DNA of 64,000 nt from Acidimicrobiaceae bacterium (lineage in GTDB: Bacteria > Actinomycetota > Acidimicrobiia > Acidimicrobiales > Ilumatobacteraceae). Made by a program: the position numbers and the translations under genes. Position 1 is the first letter of the stretch, and the number at the start of each line of letters is the position of its first letter. The stretch covers positions 26,610 to 90,609 of the forward strand of contig CANIHL010000001.1 in the NCBI GenBank assembly GCA_947467375.1, given 5' to 3'. This document shows positions 1 to 7,081 of the stretch, one piece after another. Under the pieces are notes generated by a model. That model ran no database searches. It had not been told where the DNA came from and saw nothing but the letters and a program-made list of their open reading frames with translations.

Positions 1-346
1 CTTTGAAATCTCGTGTTGTCGGATCGATGGATGGATCAAGATCTTGTTCAACGTCATCGATTGCACATTTCAAGATGAAAATCTGGTCACGCAATGCGTC
101 CAGTTCGCTGCGCGTAACCACCAACTCATCTTCGCTTAAAGCCAGCTCAGAGGCCCTCTGACGAGCCACCCAGTCCCATTGCTTGCAGGCTTGAGTGCAG
201 AATCTGCGAGGCCGTCCAGAGCCCGTTTGCACCGGTAACGGGGTTCGACACCACACGCATTTGGCGATATCAGTGACCGGACGCTCGGTGCGAGTGCTAC
301 CCAGCTCGCCCGGCCTTGTGACTGCCAGATCATGCGATTTAGTCAT
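1..346 (-). CDS. Partial small zinc-ribbon/coiled-coil protein (C-terminus cut by window edge); absent from supplied ORF track
   Basis: Manual minus-strand translation from ATG 346-344 stays open to position 1: MTKSHDLAVTRPGELGSTRTERPVTDIAKCVWCRTPLPVQTGSGRPRRFCTQACKQWDWVARQRASELALSEDELVVTRSELDALRDQIFILKCAIDDVEQDLDPSIDPTTRDFK. It has a CxxC...RRFCxxxC four-Cys motif followed by a heptad-like helix. TATCTT lies 6 nt upstream of the ATG. Track ORF 136-333 is a different frame of the same strand. Confidence 0.6.
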   Translation of the reverse strand, partial: MTKSHDLAVTRPGELGSTRTERPVTDIAKCVWCRTPLPVQTGSGRPRRFCTQACKQWDWVARQRASELALSEDELVVTRSELDALRDQIFILKCAIDDVEQDLDPSIDPTTRDFK

Positions 347-352
347 GACGAA

Positions 353-358
353 AAGATA
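353..358 (-). promoter_or_regulatory. -10-like hexamer TATCTT, 6 nt before ATG 346 (leaderless-type)
   Basis: TANNNT + 6-nt spacer (TTCGTC) + start codon; no SD in spacer. Confidence 0.35.
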
Positions 359-377
359 AGCCAAGACTGATTTCAAT

Positions 378-1460
378 GTGTGGATGGCACCCCATACTGG
401 TTCTGTGACAAAACTTCCTGCGCCACCGAAATCTTCGTTTGCTAGCGACAACGTTGCAGGCGCTCACCCACTGGTTCTCGAGGCAATTGCTGTAGCCAAT
501 GTTGGACATGTGCCCGCATATGGCGCTGATCCAATTACTGCACGCACGGAAATTGCGTTCAAGGAATTGTTCGATCACGACGTTGTCACCCAGTTTGCCT
601 ACGGCGGTACTGGTGCAAATGTGTTCGCCCTTGCCAGCATGTTGCGTCCGGCAGATGCAATTGTGTGCGCTGTTCAGTCGCACATAAACGTTGATGAAAC
701 GGGAGCGCCTGAGCGCGCGCTCGGAACCAAACTCGTCACGGTTCCAACAACAGATGCAAAACTTCGTCCGAGCGATTTGGAATCGGTGAAGTCAATGTTT
801 GGTAATCAGCATGCTCCCCAACCAGGAATTGTTGCCATTACACAGGTAACGGAATTGGGAGCTGTGTATTCGGTTGAAGAAATTCGTTCGTTGAGCGAAG
901 CCGCGCACAGCACGGGCATGTACGTGTATCTCGATGGCGCACGAATCGCCAATGCCACTGCAGCGCTCGGTGGGTCTCGTGATGCGTTGCGTGCATTCAC
1001 TCGTGATGCCGGCGTAGATGCGATGACGTTCGGTTGTACAAAAGCAGGTGGAATTTTTGGCGAAGCTGTTGTGTTCTTCAATCCAACGTTTGCCGATCGA
1101 TCCGTGTACGTGCGCAAACAGGTAACGCAACTGCATTCGAAAATGAGATTCATTGCAGCTCAATACGAAGCGATGTTGCGCGATGATCTGTTCATCACTC
1201 TCGGTGGTCAAGCTAATAAGGCAGCGCGAATGTTGTTCGACAAAACGAAGGACATTGCATCGTTGCAACTGAATACCGCACCCGCGGCCAACAGCATGTT
1301 CCCCATCATCGCCAAAGGTCCGCGTGCGCAACTCCAGGAATGGGCTCACTTCTACGACTGGGACATCGCTGCTGACCAGGTTCGCTGGATGACCGCATGG
1401 GACATGACCGAACCAGAAATTGACGCCTTTGTGGCTGGAGTTCGCGCTCTCCTGGCCTAA
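378..1460 (+). CDS. Threonine aldolase / beta-eliminating lyase family PLP enzyme
   Basis: 360-aa ORF with SFASDNVAGAHP, YGGTGANVFALA and the PLP-Lys context FGCTKAGG, typical of low-specificity L-threonine aldolases. Start is uncertain (GTG 378 or ATG 384). Confidence 0.75.
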   Translation: MWMAPHTGSVTKLPAPPKSSFASDNVAGAHPLVLEAIAVANVGHVPAYGADPITARTEIAFKELFDHDVVTQFAYGGTGANVFALASMLRPADAIVCAVQSHINVDETGAPERALGTKLVTVPTTDAKLRPSDLESVKSMFGNQHAPQPGIVAITQVTELGAVYSVEEIRSLSEAAHSTGMYVYLDGARIANATAALGGSRDALRAFTRDAGVDAMTFGCTKAGGIFGEAVVFFNPTFADRSVYVRKQVTQLHSKMRFIAAQYEAMLRDDLFITLGGQANKAARMLFDKTKDIASLQLNTAPAANSMFPIIAKGPRAQLQEWAHFYDWDIAADQVRWMTAWDMTEPEIDAFVAGVRALLA

Positions 1461-1544
1461 CCGCCGAGTACATGGTTTAATTGACTGATCGGTTAGTTAT
1501 CCCCTAATCTCTCCGCAGGGCAGGTCAATCGTTGCGGGGGCATC

Positions 1545-1850
1545 ATGGCATCACTGGAGTTCACTACTAAGCGAGTGCAAACCGATGATGAGTGGATGGA
1601 CGTTGCGGAATGTCGTGGACTCACCGAAGTGTTCTTCCCACCAATTGCAGAACGACCACAGGCCCGCGAGCGACGTGAAGCTATGGCTCGCACCGTGTGC
1701 ACGCAATGCGCAGTACTCGAAACGTGTCGCACCTTTGCGCGTGAGAATCATGAGTATGGTTTTTGGGGTGGAGAGTCTGAAGAAGAACGGCATGCCGCCG
1801 GTTATCGACTCATCGCGCCGATTGGCGTTCGCGCAGTCGCTCAGCGTTAA
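1545..1850 (+). CDS. whiB: WhiB-family (Wbl) Fe-S transcription factor
   Basis: 101 aa. Four Cys in Wbl arrangement (AECRG ... VCTQCAVLETC) followed by the GFWGG turn motif. Wbl proteins are restricted to Actinobacteria and their phages. Confidence 0.9.
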   Translation: MASLEFTTKRVQTDDEWMDVAECRGLTEVFFPPIAERPQARERREAMARTVCTQCAVLETCRTFARENHEYGFWGGESEEERHAAGYRLIAPIGVRAVAQR

Positions 1851-1883
1851 TCATTCTGCGCACGTAAGCGCATTCGGCTCGCT

Positions 1884-2942
1884 GTGACGGCATTCCCCTC
1901 CCGCGAACTTGCTGAGCAGTTGATCGCAACAGCTTGGTCGGAGTACGACGGTAAGCGCACCATTGACAACTTGATTGAAGTCAGCGCCCACGTTTCTACC
2001 AACCGCGTGTTCCGTGTGGTGTTCGACGATTCGTCGCACATAGTGGCCAAAATATCGTCTTATGGTTCGTATTTTCTCTTCGCCGAAGATCACGATCGAT
2101 TGTTCACCAGCGCGCAGTTATTGCGAGGTTCGCGTTGGGAAGGTTTTCTGGCAGAAGTTTTGCCACGCGATGGACACGCTTACACGTGGTACGACGGTAC
2201 GTATTGGGTGGCTTTCTACACCGATATCGAACGAGCGATGCAATTGCCATCGATATTGAATGACGATCAAATTGGCAACCTCGCTCGAGAAATTGCATCC
2301 TTCCACCGCGAGTGTTCTCAAATTTCAGGGAGTTTGCCGGCAACATCTAATTCTGTCAAGGGCGATGCAATCCATTTACTCGACCAACTCTCTCACGAAT
2401 TCGCGGCGGAACATTTTGGATTGCGTCATGACGATATAGAAATTGCTAAACGATCTACGCATGAATTCTTGCTTTATCTAGAGAAGATCCGGTTTGACGA
2501 ATGGGAGAAGATCCCAGTTCTCGTGGATTGGAATCTTGGCAACTTTTCCGTCAAACATCATCGCGCACAGTTCGAATTGTTCAGTCGTTGGGATTACGAC
2601 TGGTTTCGCATTGATACTCGCATGCTCGATTTCTATTTCTTTTCGCGAGTGTCGTCCGAAACTGGCGACCGAACGTCTTTTACCTATTCCCCGCACACGC
2701 TGTTAGAGCCGCGGTTCATCAAGTTTCTGCGTCAGTATCACGAAGTCTTTCCACTCACGCAACGCGAGTTGTTATTTCTGCCGTGGGCGTACCGGTTCTT
2801 TATTCTCAATTACGTCATCCGCGAAGGCGCAAAGTTTTTCCGCGAAGACATCAGCGTAAAGTTTCGCAAAGACGCAACACGCATCTATTTGCCGATGCTT
2901 GATCACTTTGATGCTTCGGCATTGCTTGCCGTTCTTGACTAA
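1884..2942 (+). CDS. Kinase-fold phosphotransferase (APH/CotS/choline-kinase-like)
   Basis: 352 aa, GTG start. It has the VAK lysine (HIVAKIS), a DxxxxN catalytic loop (LVDWNLGNF) and downstream WDYD acidic metal-binding residues. Substrate is unknown. Confidence 0.55.
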   Translation: MTAFPSRELAEQLIATAWSEYDGKRTIDNLIEVSAHVSTNRVFRVVFDDSSHIVAKISSYGSYFLFAEDHDRLFTSAQLLRGSRWEGFLAEVLPRDGHAYTWYDGTYWVAFYTDIERAMQLPSILNDDQIGNLAREIASFHRECSQISGSLPATSNSVKGDAIHLLDQLSHEFAAEHFGLRHDDIEIAKRSTHEFLLYLEKIRFDEWEKIPVLVDWNLGNFSVKHHRAQFELFSRWDYDWFRIDTRMLDFYFFSRVSSETGDRTSFTYSPHTLLEPRFIKFLRQYHEVFPLTQRELLFLPWAYRFFILNYVIREGAKFFREDISVKFRKDATRIYLPMLDHFDASALLAVLD

Positions 2943-2945
2943 AAA

Positions 2946-3467
2946 TCAGTCAGAGATCTTGCGCATGGATTGTTTAAACCACTTGCCTTTTTCAACATAA
3001 ACAGCTGCACCAAACTCGATATCTGATGTACGAGCACGGCCCTCTTTGATGACGGCGGGTGCTCCCACGGCGAGCGCGCCAGGTGGGACAACTTGATCAT
3101 TGAGCACGACTGCATTCGCAGCGACAATGGCACCTGTGCCAACTCGCACTCGGTGCAATACAACTGCTCCGGAAGACACCTGAGCACCATTTTCGATAAT
3201 GCAGCACTCAAGGTGCACGATGTGGCCAATGACGCAATCATCGCCAACAATGGTTGGGTCTTGTGGTGTGGTGTGGATGACGGTGTTGTCCTGAATGCTC
3301 GTTCGCGCGCCGATTTTGATGTATCCGTCATCGCCACGGAGAACCGCTCCAGGCCAGATCGTTGATTCGGCACCGATCTCGACTGATCCAATGATCACCG
3401 CATCGGGATGAACGAACGCCGTTTCATGAATGTTTGGGACTTGGTCGCCAAGTGCATAAATCGCCAT
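2946..3467 (-). CDS. Gamma-carbonic-anhydrase-like hexapeptide-repeat (LbH) protein
   Basis: 173 aa. MAIYALGDQVPNIHETAFVHPDAVIIGSVEIG plus repeated [LIV]G hexapeptides, typical of the YrdA/PaaY family. Confidence 0.85.
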   Translation of the reverse strand: MAIYALGDQVPNIHETAFVHPDAVIIGSVEIGAESTIWPGAVLRGDDGYIKIGARTSIQDNTVIHTTPQDPTIVGDDCVIGHIVHLECCIIENGAQVSSGAVVLHRVRVGTGAIVAANAVVLNDQVVPPGALAVGAPAVIKEGRARTSDIEFGAAVYVEKGKWFKQSMRKISD

Positions 3468-3473
3468 TCGCCT

Positions 3474-3479
3474 ACCGTA
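3474..3479 (-). promoter_or_regulatory. -10-like hexamer TACGGT, 6 nt before ATG 3467
   Basis: TANNNT + AGGCGA + ATG on minus strand. Confidence 0.35.
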
Positions 3480-3541
3480 GTGCGCACGTTTATGGCGTGC
3501 GTATTGGGGAAACTCACTTTTCGCAGGTACCGTAGAGCCCC

Positions 3542-4906
3542 ATGTCTAAGCGCATTGATATCGAATTGACCAGTAACCGTGGAGATGGAACGTGGACGTG
3601 GCGTGCAGCCGGCGCCAAGACCCCTAAGGGAACGCTCAATGGTGCAATTCTCGATGCCGGCGCAAAGACCGGTGACACGCTCAAGGTCGAAGCTGAGTTC
3701 GATCTAGACGGTGTAGAAATTCTTTCGCTTGTTAAGACAAAAGAAAAATCCATTCGTGGAAATATTTTGCAACTGCTTGGCTCTGAAAAAGAGTTTCAGC
3801 CAGTAACTCAAAAACTTGCAGACAAAAGCAAAGACCGCAAACCAAAACGCGATGGCGACAAGCGTCCACCACGTGATGGCGAACGCAAGCCACGACGTGA
3901 TGGCGACAAGCGTCCACCGCGCGAGGGTGCTGAAGGCGAAAAGTCTGGCGATCGTCGTCCACGTCGTCCGTCATTTACTGCTCCCCCAGAATTGCCGAAG
4001 CGTCCTGCTGCTAAACGCCTCAAGCCAAAGCGCGTGCATCGCTCCGCCGTTCTCGACACACTTCCTGTTGAACAGCGTGGAGTTGCAGAGCGTGCATTCA
4101 TCGGCGGCATCAAAGCTGTTCGCGATGCTGTAAAGGAACAGAACGATCAATTGAAAAAGGATGGCAAGCCACTCGTGCCTGCTGAAGGTCTGATTTCAAT
4201 GGCGCAAGAATTGCTACCTAAGTTGCGAGTTGCAGAATGGCTCGACAAAGCAGAAGCTGCAAAAGCTGATATCGAGTTGCTCGACTTGCGTGATCTTCGC
4301 CAGGTTGTTGTCGGCGCCGACGATCCAATGGTTGTTCGCGACGAAACAACTCGTGCGCTTGCAACCGAATTGAAGGCTGCGCTGAAGTCTCGCCAAGAGT
4401 TTGAACAAACACGTTGGCTGGAAGACATCAAGTCGGCTATTGCCGTGTCGCGAGTGATTCGCGCGTTGAAAATTTCGAGCGAGCCGCCAAAGGCCGGTCA
4501 ACCATTCCCTGCAGAACTTGGCGCGCAGTTGGCATCAGCCGCTTCAGCTGCGTTGTCTTCGGAAACTGCGCCTGATCGATTCTGTGCACTGTTAGAGGCA
4601 ATCGCGTTTTCTCCTGTACGTGGTCAAGTGAAACTCGCAGCAGTTCTGCCAAATCCAAACGAAACAGTGCTGGCAACGGTGAAGCGTGTTGCTCCCCTTG
4701 TGCCACAGATTGCACAAATGTTCGGAATTGTCGTTGCTCCAGGTGCACACAGCCCTCGCCCATTGCGACCAACACGCCCTGTGCGCCCCAAAGGCAAGCC
4801 TGCACCAGCGAAGGCTCCTCAGGCAATACCAGCACCTCCAGTTGCAGATGCACCGTCAACTCCAGAAGTGACGGCAACTGCAGACGCACCTTCAACTTCC
4901 GAATAG
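3542..4906 (+). CDS. Hypothetical protein with Lys/Arg/Pro-rich repeat region and Pro/Ala-rich tail
   Basis: 454-aa ORF with no competing frame. It has a compact N-terminal ~70 aa, a basic low-complexity segment, a helical middle and a PAPxKAP tail. No family recognised. Confidence 0.6.
   Translation: MSKRIDIELTSNRGDGTWTWRAAGAKTPKGTLNGAILDAGAKTGDTLKVEAEFDLDGVEILSLVKTKEKSIRGNILQLLGSEKEFQPVTQKLADKSKDRKPKRDGDKRPPRDGERKPRRDGDKRPPREGAEGEKSGDRRPRRPSFTAPPELPKRPAAKRLKPKRVHRSAVLDTLPVEQRGVAERAFIGGIKAVRDAVKEQNDQLKKDGKPLVPAEGLISMAQELLPKLRVAEWLDKAEAAKADIELLDLRDLRQVVVGADDPMVVRDETTRALATELKAALKSRQEFEQTRWLEDIKSAIAVSRVIRALKISSEPPKAGQPFPAELGAQLASAASAALSSETAPDRFCALLEAIAFSPVRGQVKLAAVLPNPNETVLATVKRVAPLVPQIAQMFGIVVAPGAHSPRPLRPTRPVRPKGKPAPAKAPQAIPAPPVADAPSTPEVTATADAPSTSE
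3848..3919 (+). repeat. Three tandem 24-nt (8-codon) in-frame repeats encoding RDGDKRPP / RDGERKPR / RDGDKRPP
   Basis: The 20-nt string GATGGCGACAAGCGTCCACC occurs at 3851-3870 and 3899-3918, with a degenerate copy between them. Confidence 0.8.
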
Positions 4907-4920
4907 GACAGCTGCCGACA

Positions 4921-4926
4921 TAGTCT
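4921..4926 (+). promoter_or_regulatory. -10-like hexamer TAGTCT, 6 nt before ATG 4933
   Basis: TANNNT + TGAGCT + ATG. Confidence 0.4.
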
Positions 4927-4932
4927 TGAGCT

Positions 4933-5715
4933 ATGTCTGACGTCGTTACTTTTGAAAAGCAAGGTCAAATCGGTTTCATTACTCTGAACCGTCCGGAAGC
5001 ACGAAACGCTGTTAACGGCGCAGTTGCTCAAGCATTCGAGATTGCTCTCGATCAGTTAGAAAATGATCCTGAGGTTTGGGTGGGTATTCTTCGTGCAAAC
5101 ACAGAAGGTCAAGAACGACCAGTGTTTTGCGCTGGTGCCGACCTGAAGGCCTTGAACTCTGGAGAAAACAATCTCTTCACCGAACGTGGCGGATTTGCCG
5201 GCTTTGTGTATCGCGATCGAAAGAAGCCAATCATCGTTGCAGTCGATGGTTTAGCAACTGCTGGTGGATGCGAAATTGTTCTGGCTGCCGACATGGTGAT
5301 TGCCACTACTCGCTCTGCATTTGGTCTTGCCGAAGTAAAGCGCAACCTCATCGCTGGAGCAGGCGGCTTGTTCCGACTCCCACGAGCAATTGGTCAAAAC
5401 GTCGCGATGGAAGTGATCCTTACTGGTGATCCGCTGTCAGCTCAGCGTGCATATGAATTGGGATTGGTTAATCGATTGGTTGAACCAGGTAAGGCTGTTG
5501 AAGCCGCAATTGAGCTAGCAAACAAGATCGCTCTTTCGGCCCCACTCGCCGTTTGGGCATCGCGCAAAGTTGTTTTGGCAGCGGCATATGAATCTGACGA
5601 GAAGCTGATCAGCATGACCAACGCTGAATTTGGTGTAGTTCTGAAATCGGAAGACACCAAAGAAGGTCTGACTGCATTTATCGAGAAGCGCCCACCTCAG
5701 TGGAAGGGCCGCTAA
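4933..5715 (+). CDS. Enoyl-CoA hydratase/isomerase (crotonase) family
   Basis: 260 aa with FITLNRPEARNA, FCAGADLK and ATAGGCEIVLAADM motifs. Confidence 0.9.
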   Translation: MSDVVTFEKQGQIGFITLNRPEARNAVNGAVAQAFEIALDQLENDPEVWVGILRANTEGQERPVFCAGADLKALNSGENNLFTERGGFAGFVYRDRKKPIIVAVDGLATAGGCEIVLAADMVIATTRSAFGLAEVKRNLIAGAGGLFRLPRAIGQNVAMEVILTGDPLSAQRAYELGLVNRLVEPGKAVEAAIELANKIALSAPLAVWASRKVVLAAAYESDEKLISMTNAEFGVVLKSEDTKEGLTAFIEKRPPQWKGR

Positions 5716-6164
5716 AGATCGCTTGAAGCGATAAGCAAACGGGCTTTCATTCCCGCGCGCTCAAAAAGATTTTTAGTCAGTCGATCACCCGGCAACGCAT
5801 AGGCGTCTATTCGCGTGCATCCTTGCGATTGAGCATGGGCACGCAGTTCGTCTATCAGCGTGGCTCCTGCGCCCAAATCACGAGCCATTGGACTGACGTA
5901 CACACGGCGAACCATGGCAACCGATTCCAAAATCTCCATTTGAGCAAATCCACAAATCTCGCCAGACGACTCAATGACAAAAACAATGTGGTGTGCATCG
6001 ATTTGGAACCTGTCAAGTTCGTGCCCGATGAGTGGAACCGCAGACAAGAGCTGCGAGCTTCCACGAAAACTGTGGGCTTCGTGAACGCACAATTGTTCTA
6101 ATGCGGCAAGCGCAGACGCATCCTCGGAAGTTGCACTTCGAACCGAGAACAACGCGGCGTTCAC
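5712..6164 (-). CDS. GNAT family N-acetyltransferase
   Basis: 150 aa. Acetyl-CoA loop VSPMARDLGAGATLIDEL. GTG start overlaps the upstream stop by 1 nt. Confidence 0.8.
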   Translation of the reverse strand: MNAALFSVRSATSEDASALAALEQLCVHEAHSFRGSSQLLSAVPLIGHELDRFQIDAHHIVFVIESSGEICGFAQMEILESVAMVRRVYVSPMARDLGAGATLIDELRAHAQSQGCTRIDAYALPGDRLTKNLFERAGMKARLLIASSDL

Positions 6165-6547
6165 TATGAAGCAACCACCGATTGTGCCGCAGCAATAACT
6201 ACTGCCCTATTGCGGTGCGTGCACTCGTATTCAAGAATGGTGCGAACTTCTAACGCGTCTATTGACGCGATGAGTTCAACCACTTGTGTGCCGGTGAGTA
6301 GGTCGTACCCATCGCGCGGTTCGGCAGTGCGTGGCTGAGATGGTGTTTGATCAGCAATACGTGCTGGCGCATCCTCTGGGCGAATGCGTTGAACAGTTTC
6401 TGGATATACGGACGAACGCATCTTTGACACCACGCTCCAAATGAGCCCAGGCAACTTCTGAGCACCAATTTTGACCGTGAACTCACCAATCATTCGTGCG
6501 TTGCGCACGTCTTGTTTGATTCGATCAGTTATTTGAAAAGTGGGCAT
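6164..6547 (-). CDS. Hypothetical protein
   Basis: 127-aa ORF, co-directional and overlapping both neighbours (19 nt and 1 nt). No family recognised. Confidence 0.5.
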   Translation of the reverse strand: MPTFQITDRIKQDVRNARMIGEFTVKIGAQKLPGLIWSVVSKMRSSVYPETVQRIRPEDAPARIADQTPSQPRTAEPRDGYDLLTGTQVVELIASIDALEVRTILEYECTHRNRAVVIAAAQSVVAS

Positions 6548-6999
6548 GCATCGTCCTCAACAGGACAACCAGGGGCACTATTGCGAACGAGGAGGAAGCA
6601 CTGTGTGCACTGAGTTTCGTCTGGCCGGCGAGGTTGCAAGCGTTCCATTCCATCTGTCTTGTCGTCAACAACAACGTCTTCCTCGTCTTCTTCGGGAGGA
6701 GAATCGTCTGCGGCGGTAAGTTTTTCTCGAAGGATGGCATCGAGGTCTGCTTCAACATCGTCTTCAGTGCGCATGTCGTCGTCATCGTCGTCATCATCCG
6801 TCGACTTCTTCGTAATGGATTCAACGGGAATCTCATCAGGGTCTTCAGCAATGTCAATTGCCTCGTCAACGGCAAAGCCATCGTCTTCAAGACCATCTAT
6901 TTCAAGTACATCTCCATCGAGTTCGTCACCGTCTAACTCGGGGGCAGAAAGTATCTCGCTATCTAGATCATCTGGACCGATGACATCGTCGTCTGACAT
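6529..6999 (-). CDS. Highly acidic protein with C-terminal four-Cys module, DUF4193-like
   Basis: 156 aa. Long D/E runs, then LQPRRPDETQCTQCFLLVRNSAPGCPVEDDACPLFK. This matches my recollection of the actinobacterial DUF4193 C-terminus (...PRQxDEFTCxSCFLVxH...C..C). SD GAAAGGA lies upstream. Confidence 0.6.
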   Translation of the reverse strand: MSDDDVIGPDDLDSEILSAPELDGDELDGDVLEIDGLEDDGFAVDEAIDIAEDPDEIPVESITKKSTDDDDDDDDMRTEDDVEADLDAILREKLTAADDSPPEEDEEDVVVDDKTDGMERLQPRRPDETQCTQCFLLVRNSAPGCPVEDDACPLFK

Positions 7000-7081
7000 T
7001 AAAAATTCCTTTCACTGCGTGCGGCGAGAGAGTACTCCATAAAGGGGTCAATTATGCGAATTTCTTTGCTTTACGCGAAAA

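Noticed and set aside
136-333. Track ORF of 65 aa on the minus strand
   Set aside because: Another frame of the same strand is open from ATG 346 to the window edge. That frame carries a zinc-ribbon motif and a -10 hexamer at the correct spacing, so the 65-aa frame is most likely a shadow ORF.
339-683. 114-aa minus-strand ORF overlapping the 5' end of the threonine aldolase gene
   Set aside because: It is antisense to a well-supported gene, Cys- and Arg-rich with no motif, and would collide with the ORF starting at 346.
4185-4205. Internal copy of GGTCTGATTTCAATGG (resembling the panB/MBL start module) with an in-frame ATG inside the 454-aa gene
   Set aside because: No TANNNT hexamer precedes it (AGGTCT instead), so an internal leaderless start is not supported. 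It is probably chance.
5712-6547. GNAT gene plus overlapping upstream 127-aa ORF, considered as a GNAT/RHH (TacT-like) toxin-antitoxin pair
   Set aside because: The upstream protein shows no ribbon-helix-helix or DUF1778-like N-terminus. The GNAT looks like a generic RimI-type acetyltransferase, and the pair sits inside a long housekeeping co-directional run.
6659-7042. 127-aa Ser-rich plus-strand ORF
   Set aside because: It is the antisense image of the GAC/GAT/GAA-rich acidic DUF4193-like gene. The low-complexity poly-Ser arises automatically from reading poly-Asp/Glu codons backwards.
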